Below are positions 1-14,910 of a stretch of DNA of 64,000 bases, in pieces. Within the stretch, counting starts at the first letter, position 1, and every line of letters starts with the position of its first letter. The notes under the pieces are model-generated. The model was not told the DNA's origin. It ran no database searches and worked only from the letters and a program-made list of their open reading frames with translations. Source of the DNA: Eledone cirrhosa (lineage: Eukaryota); NCBI GenBank assembly GCA_964016885.1, contig OZ024748.1, positions 6,262,001 to 6,326,000 of the forward strand, written 5' to 3'. A program made the translations under genes and the position numbers.

Positions 1-190
1 TATATATGTATATATATATTTACATACACACATACACACTGACATTTATAGGTATATATGTATGCATTCAAAACTATATATGCATATTTCTACCACACCC
101 ACGCACGCACACCCTTATATTTATGTAGGTACGTGTGTATGCATGTATGTATGTATGCATGTATGTATGTATGTATGTGTGTATGCATGT

Positions 191-268
191 GTGGTGCTAT
201 TAAGTCATTAAGTTAGAGGTGGTCTGGGCCAATACTGGCCGAAACCTATCAAAGTTACCAAAGTTATA
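191..268 (+). mobile_element. Isolated 3' tail of the CR1/L2-like LINE at 345-1050
   Basis: Near-identical to 981-1050: gtggtgctattaag...GGCCAatacTGGCC stem-loop, then two (a/c)tcaaagtt-like tail repeats and (TA)n. Confidence 0.8.
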
Positions 269-279
269 TATACACACAT

Positions 280-344
<65 letters not shown>

Positions 345-349
<5 letters not shown>

Positions 350-1048
350 AGTTGACATTGTCCGCAGAATGTGTTCCTGGATTCTTAGAACTTTCCAGTC
401 GAGAGATATCCACACTGTTATCCTTCTCTTCTCCACTTTTGTCCGACCCCACCTTGATTACTGTTGTCCACTGTGGTCTCCCCACACGAAACAAAGTATC
501 ATGAATGTTGAAGCACCCAATAGATCGATTACAAAACAGATAGATGGCATGACAGGCCTTGACTATTGGAGTCGATTAGAAGAGCTTATCCTTTATTCTC
601 TCCAACGTCGCCGTGAGCGCTACATTATCTGAATAATGTGGAAAATATTCCATCAGCTTTGCCCAAATGATGTTGGCATCACCTTTAATGTACACCCAAG
701 GCTTCGGCCCGGTGCTATCTGCGCACGACAAAAATCTCATTCGAATCTCATAACAACAATACGGCACAATTATTTCACCTCAATTGGCTCTGCTCTCTTT
801 AACATTACACCAAAACACATCAAAACAGAAACAGACCCCATCAAGTTCAAGATGTCTTTGGACAAATTCCTTGAAGAAATCCTAGATAAGCCTCCTACAC
901 CCGGATATGCCTTCGTAAACAATAACTCTCTGCTCGAGTGGGCCATGGTTCCCAAACCCTGATTGGTAAGACTTCGCCAGGTGGTGCTATTAAGTTAGAC
1001 ATGGCATGGGCCAATACTGGCTGAAACCTATCAAAGTTATCAAAGTTA

Positions 1049-1050
<2 letters not shown>
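345..1050 (+). mobile_element. 5'-truncated CR1/L2-group LINE (ORF2 C-terminus plus 3' tail), inactivated by an in-frame stop
   Basis: ORFs 369-632 and 636-962 share a frame and read WILRTF..VRPHLDYCCPLWSP..LDYWSRLEEL.LYSLQRRRERY..FKMSLDKFL, typical of the post-RT region of CR1/L2-type ORF2; ends in a stem-loop, short repeats and (TA)n. Confidence 0.85.
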
Positions 1051-1117
<67 letters not shown>

Positions 1118-1683
1118 GATCCGCTAGCAAACAGCTACCATTATCGATTCAACAGTACAGCCAAGCACAATTGAAAAAGATACACTATATAACTACAAGA
1201 AACTACAAAGTTAAACCCACAAAATAAACCAAAACTTACATCATACTAACAGGACGAGTCTATACTTCTACAAGCAGCTCGACAGTAATCATGTATTTTA
1301 TAGATTCAACTAGGTATTGTACGTATAATTTAGTATAAAAAGGTGTGACTTACATTATCCTCAGATCTTCAAATATTACTGAATTTGATATCTTTTATCA
1401 GGTACAATCCTGTAATAAAGATAGAGAGAAGAATTGTTTTATTATTCATTATTCAAAATGTGTGTGTGTGTGTGTGATTGTGTGTGATTCTGTGTATATA
1501 TGTGTGTGTGTGTATGTGTGTGTATGTGTGTGTATGTGTGTGATTGTGTGTGTATGTGTGTGTGTATGTGTGTGTGTGTGTATGTGTGTGTGTGCCTCTA
1601 ACTTCCTTTACTTCAAATTTCTTTCATACTCATTTCTATTTAAATCTGACAACCTCCTTCAAACACTCTCCTTCGTTCTCACT

Positions 1684-1773
<90 letters not shown>

Positions 1774-2242
1774 GAAATCTATCGTCTCTCTGGCTCTGTT
1801 CGTTGATTTCCTCTTCTCCTCATTCCTCTCTGTCTATCCCTTCTGCTCTCACTCTCTTCCATATCATCTCCACCACACACACACACGCACACACACACAC
1901 ACACACATACACACACACACAAACACATTTTCTCTCTGTTTCTCATAACTGTCTCATCTATTTCACACTTTAGCTATTTTACCGTTTTACCGTGTTTTAT
2001 AGCTGAACCCCTATTTAGCTCCCTAGCAACTAACTCATCATTAACTAAAGTTTTTATTTATTCATATATTTATTGATTTCAGTGTATCTGGTCACACAGT
2101 AATCCCCTAACCCTAGGACACCGTTGACGCCACCTCCACCACTTTCAACATTATCAACATCCACATTAACTTCTCCATCGTCAATAATATTGTCATTGTT
2201 GCATTCCACACCCACATTATCATTCTTATCGTCATTATCATT

Positions 2243-3215
2243 AGCAGTATCGGTAGAGCGTCAGACGCCATGCTTTGCAGCAAAGAGTTAAGACCCTTTA
2301 TGGTGTGAGTTCAAATCTCGCCGTGGTTAACTTTGCCTTTCATCCTTACGGGATCGATAAAATAAAGTACCAGTAATACACTGATTTAATTGTCCTTCTG
2401 CGAAAAGTAGAAACAATTATCATAAATAATTTTTGTAATAATAATCGTTTCTAATTTAGGCACAAGGTGAGCAATTTTGGGAGTGGAAAGTCGATTATTT
2501 CGACCCAAGTACATGACTGGTACTTTATTTTATCTATCCCGTAAGGATGAAAGGCAAAGCTAACCTCGGTTGGATTTTTTGTGCTAGAAATAATAATAGT
2601 AATTATTATTTCTAGCACAGACACTGGGCCATCAAATTGGAAAAAGTGAAACTCGATTATAATGAGATATTGGTGCTTTATTTTATGACCTCGGTGTGAT
2701 TTGAACTCAGAATATATAAATCCGGGAGAAACACTTCAAAGCATTTCTTTCGACCCTCAAACAATTCAGCCGAATCAACACTTGGCATAAATAGAGTGAA
2801 TCGGCAGAATTGTTTGACTTTAGAACAAAATACCTTGCGGTATTTGGTCTGACTCCTTATAATTTGAATTCAAATCTTACCTTGATCAACTTTGTCTTTC
2901 GCTTTTCCTTAGTCAATAAAATAAAGAACCTTTGTAGTAATAGTGGTTGATTTAATCGAATTTCCTCCCTCAGAGGTCAATTTTGCTATTTAGCCTTAAG
3001 GTGGAAATTACTGTAGTTGATATAAATTTCTGACCTTGTTCCTATCTTAGAAAACATTTAAGGTCGGTGCACAGAACCATTAAGTACAATGGTATTTGAT
3101 CCTGTTCTTTAAAAAGAAAAACAGTAAAACATCCGGTGAGTTCAACTTTGCCTTTCAAACTTCCGGATACGATACGATCAACTATTTACCCCTTCCATAA
3201 AAAGGTCTTATACCT
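2243..3215. mobile_element. Cluster of about 5 tRNA-derived SINE copies (family S1), mixed orientation
   Basis: Head ggcagtatcggtagag, B-box gagttcaaatc, core gcctttcatccttacggggtcgataaaataaagtaccag; + at ~2243-2420, ~2790-3055, ~3060-3215; - at ~2445-2575, ~2610-2770. Confidence 0.8.
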
Positions 3216-3411
3216 ATGTAAGGAATTATTATTTTTATTATTATTGTTTTTATTATTGTTGCTGTTGTTGTTGTTGCTATTGGTGTTTTTGTTGTTGTTA
3301 TTGCTGTTGTTGTTTTCCTGTTGTTTGTCTGTTGGTTTATCCTTATTTACGATGTCCTTGTTTCTCATACCGTTGACGTTCCCGCCCTTTTCTCTCCTAA
3401 AACATCCTCAG

Positions 3412-3525
3412 GACAAACACGACATTGTAAAACTGCCACAAGCAATGAATGGAGGAAAGGTTTCTTCAGACAGCGAGAGCGAGAGCGAGATCATGAGAGC
3501 TAGAGCCGGAACGAGAGCAGTGTGA
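3412..3525 (+). CDS. Candidate terminal coding exon of an unidentified gene (DKHDIVKLPQAMNGGKVSSDSESESEIMRARAGTRAV*)
   Basis: Polypyrimidine tract and cctcag acceptor ending at 3411; unique complex sequence open to a TGA; AATAAA near 3623. Confidence 0.4.
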   Translation, partial: DKHDIVKLPQAMNGGKVSSDSESESEIMRARAGTRAV

Positions 3526-3671
3526 ATGAAAGAGGCACTCGGCACTCCAATGTTTATGATGTGTAATCCATTTCACACACAACACTTACTCCTCCAACCA
3601 CAAATACAGACACCATAATCACAATAAAAAAACACAAACACACTCCAATAACAGACACATACACATACAAG

Positions 3672-3736
<65 letters not shown>

Positions 3737-5645
3737 ATATAACGAACGACATCGAAAGTGTTCAAATGTAGCAAAGGTTCCGACAGGATAGCATCATAAA
3801 TAAGTAAATATAGGAATAAATAACTAGAGAAATAAAGAAATAAAACGATAGTATACGAGCAAAGATCGCTTACGGCAGTAATAAAACTGCAATAAACTAG
3901 ACACCATATTGCTCGCTCGTTTACCGACATGCCAAGCCTTTAAATAGAGTCATACATAAAATATACAAAGTATTAATATCATCATAAACAACTATGTAAT
4001 GATAATGATGATAAAGATAATGATAATAACAATAATAAGGATGACTTCTGTATTGTTACAGCGAGCAGAGTCTGACGGTCACCGCAGGAAGAAAACACAT
4101 AAACAAGGGAATGTGTTGATGAGGTGGTTGTTTTACAGCCTATAGTCTGTGTTTGACATAAGATTCAAATGTTTGTGTGTGTGTGTGTGTGTGAGTGTGT
4201 GTGTGTGTATATATTATATACTCATAAACAAGATAATGAAAAGAGAAACCATAAAACAAATAAAAAAGAACATCAAAAGTTACAAATGAGCATACACATG
4301 CATATATACATACGTATACATGTGTGTGTATAAGTATATATATATATGTGTGTGTGGACGTATGTATATATATATAATAAAATATAATATGATATATGTA
4401 TTAAATACACATATATATGATATAATATTATATGTATTTAAGTAAATAGTCTCACACACACACACACACACACAATACAGTATTTAAGAGGAGCAAGGAA
4501 TAAATAACATACGTTAAATGTTTGTGTCAATGGCAGTTAATGTTAAAGTGGTCGTCATTTGATGGCGGACATCTTGTCTGTTTTATTTTATTATTATTAT
4601 TATTATTGTTGGTTTTTTTTTTCAAAATGGCAACATGTTTTTATTTATCATTTCACCTAAAGGTTTGTACTGTTTAACTCTCTCTCGCACTCTCTCTCAC
4701 TCTCTTACTGCCTTCCTCTCTCTATGTATCGCTCTCAAACTCACATGCTCTCACACACACAAACACACAGACAAACTCATACACACGTATATATATGAAA
4801 GGCTATTGAATAAACAACACAGGGGATGTTTCATATAAGAGGAAATACTTTAAGGTTTCAGACATTAGTCGTTCCTTTAATATAGAAAGAAAGAGGAGAT
4901 TGAGAATTAACATTTATAACCTTCCGTATATTTTTATATGACTGATAGAATCGAAACTGGTTCTTTCACTTCTAACTTCAAATCCTGCCAAAATTTGTCT
5001 TGGACTGCATTATGATAATTACAATTTTTATTTTTATAAAGATAGATTATGATTTGTGTGAAATTTGACTGCTATTTTCATCAAATCAAATAGCTGTATA
5101 CATTCTGCCTCGTTGTCTCTACGTTGTCCTAGCTATTTTTGTTGTATTGTGTTGTAGATGTTGTTATAATCGTTGTTGTTGTGTTGCGTGAGTGTAGTAG
5201 TTGTTGTTGTTATTGTTTTAGTCATAGTAGTTATTGTTGCATCTGTTGTATATTTTACGAGGTGTCTTTTGGTGTTTAAACCTATTACAGGAAGCCACAT
5301 TTGCCGCTGAACGGTTTAACCAAAATGGCTGACTATTTGTCGCCAGAGATTATCTTCGGACGAACAAGCAAAATTTAGCAATAAATAACGATTTATAAGG
5401 ATTTCCCTCCTTTTTTTTTGTTGGTCGTTCATTTATTTTTTCTTTTCTTTTGTATATATATTTCTTCTCCGCCTCTCCACTATAGTCTCCAAACTAATTT
5501 ATAGACTATTACCAACACAACCAACACCACCACCACCATCAACACCACCACTATCACCTCCAACACCACCGCCACCATTATCATATTACACTCCCTTTCC
5601 AGTTTCTCACCGTTTCTACTACTACTATTACTGCTATTACTACTA

Positions 5646-5732
<87 letters not shown>

Positions 5733-6887
5733 TACTAACATTTGTGTGAGAAACTGCATATTTTGAAGGACTTTGTCGTCTGTTAGTGTTTATGGTAACA
5801 CAATAGTTACCATGTCTACAAAATTAAATGGTCCTCTTTACAAGGTCGCTAAAGACAACAACAAAAATATAATAATAACGAAGTACTAATGAGGTAAACA
5901 GTGAAATGGTTGCTCAGGGTGGCTAGAAATAGCAGCCAAATATCTTTCAGATAACACAGCAGCATGTATAATGAGGGGCTGAACACATCACATGATATAG
6001 TCTTAGATATACCTCCTTCAATAAAGAAGAGTAATGTGTCATGGTTGGACCTTCTTTAGTTTTGCTGTTTAGGAATGTGAAAGAATAAAAAGATGAGATG
6101 GTAAAAGATAGAGAAGGAGAGAAGTGGAGAATGAAAGGGAATAAAGACGGAACCAAGAAAGATAGAAGAAAAAAGCGAAGAAAGAATGAAAAGGGAAAGA
6201 ATGAAAAAAGAGAGAAGTAAAGAAGTAAAAGAAAATAAGAAATAAAATGAGAAATGTTATAAAAAGGCGGGAGAAAAGGAATAAGAGAGAAAGAGAATGA
6301 AAAGAAAGAAGGGATGATAAAAGCAAAAAGAAAGAAAAATAACGAAGCAGAATATACATAAAAAGACAAAAAAAAAAAAAACGATGTAAAATGAAAACAA
6401 AAAGTCAAAAGAATGAACTAACAAAATAAAAGCAACAACAAAAAATATAAAAACATAGAAAAAAAAAGAAAGAAAAGAAAGATTAATAGAAGAAAGAAAA
6501 TAGATGAAAAGAAATACGAATGGAATCTGAATGATTTTTGCGTGTTTAACTATCCATGTCTTAGAAAATATCTTCGACTTGTAAACAATAAAACACATAT
6601 TAATTAGTTGTAAATATAACTATTAATAGTTTCAAGGCTATCATATAAAGTTTTGTTTATTGCGCTCTCAGTCTTCCGTACATTCCTACCAATCTTTATA
6701 GCTTACAGTCTTGCCTGCTTTTGTTGCTGAAAATTATTTTTTAAATTTTCTTTGTGGTTTCTTTAATTTCTTTAACTCTTTATTTCTCTCTCCGCCACCC
6801 TCTTTCACTATACACACACACACACACACACACACACTCTCTCTCTCTCTCTCTTTTTATCTCTCTCTTTCATTCGATATATCATAA

Positions 6888-6945
6888 AGAGACGGGACCC
6901 CGACGGCTGAGCTCTTGCCGTTTCCACAGATAGTTCCAGACTCAA
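6888..6945 (-). mobile_element. Divergent fragment of HHR fold-back family A
   Basis: Reverse complement reads GAAAC GGC AAGAGCTCA GCC GTC GGGGTC, the stem III/cleavage site/stem I portion of the family A HHR. Confidence 0.6.
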
Positions 6946-7014
6946 TATATATTTACATACACACACATCCATACACCCCCCCCCCCCCCCACACACACAT
7001 ATATATATATACAT

Positions 7015-7345
7015 CAGATTGTGAATGCGATTCCAAGACATGGTGATGAGTTATGTCGTTGAGCAAGTATTGCATTTCACGTTACTCCATTTCTCTTATC
7101 TATAGAAATGAGTTAAGGCGTCACTGGTGCTGTGCTGTGGTGAGCTGTGCTGAGCCGGCCATTGTTTCACAGAGGTGTGAAAAATTACTGGTATATATGG
7201 AGAGTTGCTGGTCTTCCACAAATAAACTTTGCCGAGTCTTGAAACTCGGAGGGGAACATTCTAGATGCAGCACCAATATACATCATTGCTCAATATACAT
7301 CAAGGTGGAAATTTACATAACACTATTAAAGACTGAGTCGTACAG
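7015..7345 (+). mobile_element. Old tRNA-derived SINE (family S2)
   Basis: ttgagcaag..catttcacgtt core and ttgctggtcttccacaaa shared with the minus-strand copy at 22250-22550. Confidence 0.55.
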
Positions 7346-7772
7346 AAGTAGTTGAGTTTCTAAACCGAAAGAACAGAAACTAGTCCTGTAGGATTCAACA
7401 ATCAACAAATTGACACACACACAATGATCTTTCTATGTCTATATATATATATATATAAAAAGATGAAATCAAAAATGCAACTGGAGTCTTATTTTTTTTT
7501 AAATATATACATTTATTTGGTTCCTTTATGCATTTCAGGCTTAACTGGCGTTCGTCAGGACGGTCCCTCCCACCGCTTGCGACTATATATATATATTCAC
7601 ACACACACACACACACATACAGAGAGATAAAAACGCACATGAATGCACATGCTCAAGAATTTTCATATTTCCCATTCCTTCACTATTGACTTGCAATCTC
7701 TCTCTCTCTCTCTCTCCTTCTCTCTCTATATCCACATCTTTCTGTCGCTCAGTATATCTCTCTCTGACTCTG

Positions 7773-7811
<39 letters not shown>

Positions 7812-7884
7812 CTCTCGCTCGCTCTCTCCTTCTCTCTCTATATCCACATCTTTCTGTCGCTCAGTATATCTCTCTCTGACTCTG

Positions 7885-7959
<75 letters not shown>

Positions 7960-8295
7960 CTCCCTCTCTTCTTTTTCTCTATCTCCGCCATAATTCCCAA
8001 GTCACACCTCTACTTGTTCTTCCACGACAAGAAGACACCCTCATAAATTAGGGATCTCTTAACATTGTTAAGTGAGATAGAGTATCCGGGCGTTAGGGAG
8101 AACTCAAGTGCTTAAGGCTTGTTTTACACTGCACAAGGAAGACCCTCATTTTTCTCTCATAAACAACCAGAAAACATGACCGTGGGGGTGGAGTTGTATT
8201 GGTATGAGATATGAGAATTATGGTGGAGGCCGTGGTGGTGGTGATGGTTTTAGTGCGAGGAGGGGAATTAAGAAAAAGTAAATAAAAACATTATC

Positions 8296-8374
<79 letters not shown>

Positions 8375-8405
8375 ATAAATACACGTATACATGATATAAT
8401 CAAAT

Positions 8406-8447
<42 letters not shown>

Positions 8448-8502
8448 GAGAGAGAGAGAAATTTCCACAAAGACCAATGTATTTATTTTTGAAAATCTTG
8501 TA

Positions 8503-8543
<41 letters not shown>

Positions 8544-10109
8544 ATATGTGGGGGTGATTGTATGTGCATGTGAGTGTGTGTGTTTGCGTGTAAGTGTGTG
8601 AGTGTGCATGTGAGAGAGTGTGTGTGTGTGTGTGTATGTGTTCGAGTGTGAGAGAGTGCGTGTGAATGTGTCTCTGTGTGTATATGTCTGTGTCTGCTTA
8701 AATATCAGAATGATTTAGTGAAAGAGAGAATGAGCGAGATAGAGTGTAAGATGACAGTGTAGTGACCATGTTGGAATTCCCAACACGGCTGCTTCTGATT
8801 ATAATTGACGTTCTCATTAATACAATCTATTGTTATATTCTATTTACTTCTTCTTTATTTCCCCTATATTTATTGATTTTCTTCAAACCCTCCTCACTTC
8901 CCAATTCCACCCTATCCCAACCCATCTATCTCACTCCACTTATTTGTACGTGTTTAGTTTGTCTGTTTAACCCTTAAATCTACATTACGTGTGAAATTGA
9001 AGATGATTATTCCAAGAATTTACACAAGTGCCTGTCTTCCTGTCTGCCAGTCTACCTGACTGCTTGTCTGTCTGTTTTTATCTTCGTCTGCCTACAATTT
9101 AAAAGAAACGTTCTAGACTCCATCATCCCCAACCACCACATCTAAAAACAATAGAAATTCCATTATTTCTTACTTAGATTACCGTATTACTTTAAATGGG
9201 ATTCTAAAGGGTATTCTGAAGTGGATGCAATTGAAATAAAACAAAAAAGACACTTTCTTGTAGTTAACGTAACATATTCTTATAAAAGTATTCTTGGAAA
9301 AACGAAAAGGTGAAAATATAATATAAGTACCGTAACGTATGTGTTGTAGTCACTTAGTTCCAAGTTAGCCCTGAATGAGTATTATGTTTAAGTCGGCTTT
9401 TAATTGCAAACAGTTGGATTGAAACGAAAAGCCTCTTTTATCTTTAACTAAAGAAGATTTGGAAACAGGAAAAGAATGTGGAAATAAATTTAAAAAACTA
9501 ACTCTGTAATGTTTGTTTAACACCGTGTTAGTATCTAACATTATATTATATTCAAGAGGATTCTGAAGAACACACATTTAAAATGAAACGTAAAACCTAT
9601 ATATCATCAGCGATGTCTTGAAAACAACCCAAGTACATGTAAATAAATGCAGAAAAAAGTTGAAATAAGTGTTTTTCTTGTTACATCACAGGTTAACCCC
9701 CCATCGAATAATATATTAAAAGAAATTCTTAAGAGAATACAACTGAAACGAAATGAAAACTGGTGTTATTTTTAACGTAACTAAAATCATACAGACCTAT
9801 TCTGGGAAACTATAAAGGATGGTGCAAGTAAAGACATAACAAAATCTCTGAAAAGCACGCTTAGTACTATTGTGACCTTAGTCAAGTATTGTATATAAGT
9901 AGATTCTAAAGACCAAAAAACTCTAATGACACGATATTCGATTTTAACCTTAAGGTAACTAAACTTTACATAAGATTTTTTTTTTTTGTGGAAACACAAA
10001 AAAAGAGAGAGAGAGAGAGAGAAACGGAAAAATTACAATAAAATCTCTAAAACAAATGCTGTTTTTACTGGAGCCACAGTTTGGCCCTGATCGAGCATTA
10101 TTATACTTA

Positions 10110-10325
10110 GGGCGGTGGATTAGCATAATCTGTAGACTGTAGCACACTATGCTTTGCAGTACGGTCCTTTACATTTTGAGTTCAAATCCCGCTAAGGTTA
10201 GCTTAGCCTTTCATTCTGACGGGGGGCAATAAAATAAAGTACCAGTAATGCACTGGCGTCAATATAATCGACTCACATAAAAAAAAAAAAAAATTCTGGC
10301 CTCGTGCCTAAATCAGAAACCGTTA
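10110..10325 (+). mobile_element. SINE family S1
   Basis: ggcggtggattagc head, gagttcaaatccc B-box, S1 core and tail ggcctcgtgcctaaatcagaaac. Confidence 0.8.
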
Positions 10326-10477
10326 ATATATTTTAGGAGATTTTAAATTGTACAAAATTGAAACGGAACGAAATGTTGTCGTTTGTGTAACTAATTTTAT
10401 AACGGATACCTAGGAAACGGGAAAAGACGTGAAATCTAATAAATCTTTGACAAAGACTGGGGACGTTGTCATGTTGC

Positions 10478-10790
10478 TATAGTTCTTGTTTTTATTATTG
10501 GTGTTGGTGTTGTTGTTGTTGGTGGTAATGGTGGTGTAGTTGGTGGTAGTGGTAGTGGTGGCGTAGTTGTTGTTGTTGTTGGTGTGGTTGTAGTTCTTGT
10601 TTTTATTATTGGTATTGGTGTTGTTGTTGTGGTGGTTGTTGTTGTTGTTGGTGTGGTTGTAGTTCTTGTTTTTATTATTGGTATTGGTGTTGTTGTTGTG
10701 GTGGTTGTTGTTGTTGTTGGTGTGGTTGTAGTTCTTGTTTTTATTATTGGTATTGGTGTTGGTGTTGTTGTTGGTTGTTGTTGTTGTTGT
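10478..10790. repeat. 69-bp minisatellite of (GTT/GGT)n origin, about 4 units
   Basis: tagttcttgtttttattattgg recurs at ~10480, 10591, 10660 and 10729. Confidence 0.85.
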
Positions 10791-11255
10791 TGGTAGTGAT
10801 AGTGGTGGTGTTGATGTTGTAGTTGTGGTTGTATCTCTTGATTTTATTAATGGTATTGATGTTGGTGTTGTTATTGTAGGTGGTAATGGTGGTGTAGTTG
10901 TTATTGATGTTGCTGCTGTTGTATGTAGCAGTGTATATGTATATTCATATATACATATATGTCTGCATGTGTATATGTATATACACATGTGTACATATAT
11001 GTATATACATATGTGTACATATAGTGTACCCTCTTCTAAATGTTGTGTGTTTCAAAGAAGTGTTGTGACCGATATAGACTCCAAAACCATACTGCGTGTA
11101 CCCGACTTAAAACATATCTTTGTGTCATTGAGTATAGCAAGTGATGCGTCAATAATAAGACACCCACCCGGGGGTACGCTCTATAGTGTGTAGTAGCACG
11201 CAAACCCTCCGTTGCGGTGTCATCTCATGCTCATGTGGCGTGTGCCGAAATTTGG

Positions 11256-11292
<37 letters not shown>

Positions 11293-11735
11293 ATTGTTGA
11301 TGTTAGCTATTGTACATGACTTCAACTTACACAGACCAATACAGACTCACGCACATATATATTTAGAATGGGAGAAATAGAGAGAGCGTCTGTGTGTTTG
11401 TGTGTGTGTGAGAGAGTGTACCCGCATGTGTCTGTGTGTGTGAGTGTATGTGTATGCCTTTGTGTATGTGCGTGTATCTTTACGCCTGAGCATGTGTTTG
11501 TGTGTGTATTTGTGTATGTGCATGCGTGTGTGTGCCTGAGTGAATGTGTGTATGTATATATGTGTGCGTGTGTGTGTGAGTGTACGCGCATGTGTCTGTG
11601 TGTGTGTATGTGTATGCCTTTGTGTATGTGCGTGTGTCTGTACGCCTGTGTGTGTGTGAGTGTATTTGTGTATGTGCATGCGTGTGTGTGTCTGAGTGAG
11701 TGTGTATATATATATATATGTGCGTGTGTGTGTAC

Positions 11736-11943
11736 AATTGTGTTTTATAGTTTATTTTAGCAGGAAGATCAGCGCCCATGACCTTTAGAGTCCCCTCGCC
11801 GAGACTGGGGAAATTTATACGCTTGATATTAAGCCAGGGTATCGGTAAGTCGATATAACTAGAATTAAAACAATGGCGGGAGAGCAATTCCAGAGCATTT
11901 GAAGTTCTGAGAGAAAGGATTGTATAGCATCGATACTGTACAG
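11736..11943 (-). CDS. Candidate coding exon (phase 1; VQYRCYTILSLRTSNALELLSRHCFNSSYIDLPIPWLNIKRINFPSLGEGTLK...), donor uncertain
   Basis: Strong pyrimidine tract and ccag acceptor at 11944-11945 on the minus strand; unique sequence open in one frame; no strong donor. Confidence 0.35.
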
Positions 11944-13230
11944 CTGGTAGAGAGAGGAAGAGAGAGAGAGAGTGTGTCTAACAAAATATTTAAATAAGCA
12001 TACGGTTCATTCCACGAACGCTACTTAACGTAAATTAGTCTCAATGTAGGCAGAAGAAAGGAAATCTAAAGGAGGTGGGGTGGGTGGGGGGCGTATCTTG
12101 ACCCTAATATTTCACTGGTATTTCTGTTATCCGTCGCCGGAAGGACACATGGCATGGTTGACCTACGCAGTATTTGAACTCAAGATATAAAAGGTTTTCA
12201 GGATTATCCGACGCTCTGTTGATTCACTTTATACCTGAACACTTTAAACCTAAACACCCAGCCTTGGGTCCAAAATAATAGGGAGGGCGGGGGATAAGTG
12301 GGGGCGTTGGTTATTTGCTTAAATTCTTATAAGTGGTGGGGCTGTTGGAATAAACATGGGTGGTGTTTGGAAATCGATAATTGTATAGTGTACGTTCGTA
12401 AATATGGGATATCATGTAATGTTCTTTTTTGTCATCCACATGTTTTTTTAACAGTAAAATAAAATTATTATTAGAATCTCTAGATGCTGTATCAATATGA
12501 ATCAGTTACAATAAAATTTCGCCGGAGATAGATTAGCAAAATTCAATAAGTAAGGGGCTGGTGGAATAAAAGCGGAGGTATTGGAAATATTTGGAAAATT
12601 GATATGAGGGTGGGAGAGGATTATTCAAGACTTGGAAGTACATATATTTAGAATCTATACAGTGACATTTAAAGGTAAGTTTTTCATCATAAACCTTCAC
12701 AAAACAATTGAAATGGTATTGATGGTATTGATCTCAATCAGGCATATCTTTACGTATGATTTCTATCGAGAATATTGTTTTATTTGCATGCGACATCCTT
12801 CTGGTTTGTTTGGAAAATTAAAACTCTCAAACCAATATCAACGAATCAGACTTTTCTAGACTCACATTTTTATAATGGTTTATGAAACTAACCACTACCA
12901 TTATCAATACTACCATCACCACAATCACCATAGCCTCTACAACTAACATTACCACGAAAACCAACAATAATATAGTCCCTACCCACCTACAAACATAATG
13001 TCATTATGTTTAAACAAAAACATGCGCCTTGAAGTATGTCATCGTAGCTAAGTAAATGGTATGTTTGACTTAAATGTTTAATAAGCACACAAACTGCCAT
13101 TGGTGTTGTTAACATGTATATCATTAAAATTAAGAGTTATCACCCTATCCCACTGATTCTACTAGCTTCAAAATGAAAATAAAATTCTCAAAGGAATTAG
13201 TCAGTAAAAAATGTTTATTATAAACATGTC

Positions 13231-13326
<96 letters not shown>

Positions 13327-13621
13327 GAGATTGAATATAATATAGCTGTGTAATTTTGCTTCCTGTGTTTTGTTTCATTTATTAACTATATATATGTATG
13401 TGTGTGTGTATATATAAAATAGAGAGAGGAAGATAGGAGATGTATATATATAGATATAAATATAGTATCAGGATGTTGTAATGCTTTAGGACGGGGTATC
13501 CCAACGTGGGTGGCACTGCGATATATTTTAACCTGGGGTAAATTAGTTTTGGTGACATATCTTTTTTATTAATAGATGTTTGTATTGTATGTGTTGGTGG
13601 GTGGCATATTATGCATAACAG

Positions 13622-13675
<54 letters not shown>

Positions 13676-13821
13676 AATATTTATGAATGGGGGTGCGTGT
13701 ATGTGTGTAAAGGGAGAGAGAAGGAGTGGGGAAATCGGAGACATTGACAAATGCCTAAAAATGTGACATACCAATTAACATTAAATGATGTACATATATA
13801 TATATATATATATAGATTATG

Positions 13822-13905
<84 letters not shown>

Positions 13906-14054
13906 CATATATATATATACATATATATGTATGTCGCAATATGTCCTCTATTACAACATATATTTCTAAACCAATTATATAACTACTGTTCTGGTATTGT
14001 TCCTTGAACAAATCCCCCTGAGAAATATTATTCTGTTCCCAGTATGGCTTATAG

Positions 14055-14085
<31 letters not shown>

Positions 14086-14176
14086 GAGTGTTAATTATAT
14101 ATATATAAAACAAATAACACAAAAAGGCCCAGTAGATGGAAGAAATATATTAGTTTAACGCTTGAAATACCAGGAA

Positions 14177-14219
14177 TATATTCTTAACGTTTCGGGCCCG
14201 ACTCCTTCATCCGAATATA
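14177..14219 (-). ncRNA. Degenerate minimal hammerhead motif in a TA-anchored insert
   Basis: Reverse complement: uauauu CGGAUGA AGG AGUCGGG CCC GAAAC GUU; core U4 changed to G. Confidence 0.4.
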
Positions 14220-14334
14220 GAGTTGGAAATAGAAGATAAATAGAAAGTACAGAGTGATATGAGGAACGAATGGGGGAAGCGAGGGGGGAAAATGGGCAGA
14301 AGAAAACACACGTGCATTTTCAGACGGCCATGTT

Positions 14335-14370
<36 letters not shown>

Positions 14371-14426
14371 CATATATTATTCAAAATTTTAATAAATGAA
14401 GACGTTCAAGATAATCAAAATATATG

Positions 14427-14490
14427 TTTTATTATATATATATTTCGGAGGTACTGTGGTGTTTTTTCAGTACGTCCTCGTCAGATAAAA
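14427..14490 (-). ncRNA. Complete type I hammerhead ribozyme
   Basis: Reverse complement: UUUUAU CUGACGA GGAC GUACUG(11 nt)CAGUAC CUCC GAAA UAUAUAU AUA/AUAAAA; 6-bp stem I, intact core, 9/10-bp stem II, palindromic AU stem III, AUA site. Confidence 0.85.
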
Positions 14491-14559
14491 TACTTGAATT
14501 GATGTATGACATACATCAACTGTCTTGATGTTTCAATTCCAGTATATATATATATATAT

Positions 14560-14624
<65 letters not shown>

Positions 14625-14910
14625 TGAAAAGAAGTTGAACTTCAAATAACACGAATTAAAATTGAAGAAGCTCTGTGTCACAGCATCATCATCGTGATCA
14701 ACATTATCATCAACATCATCATCATCACCATAAGAACACCATCTCCACCACCACCACCACCACCACGCTGCAGTAATAGCACTACCACGACGACCACCGT
14801 CACCTCAGCCAAAGACATCAGCACCACCAATCCTACTACAATCACCAGCGCCACCACAACTGGCATCACCAGTCTCCAATACGATCACCACCGCCACAGT
14901 CAGCGGCTCC

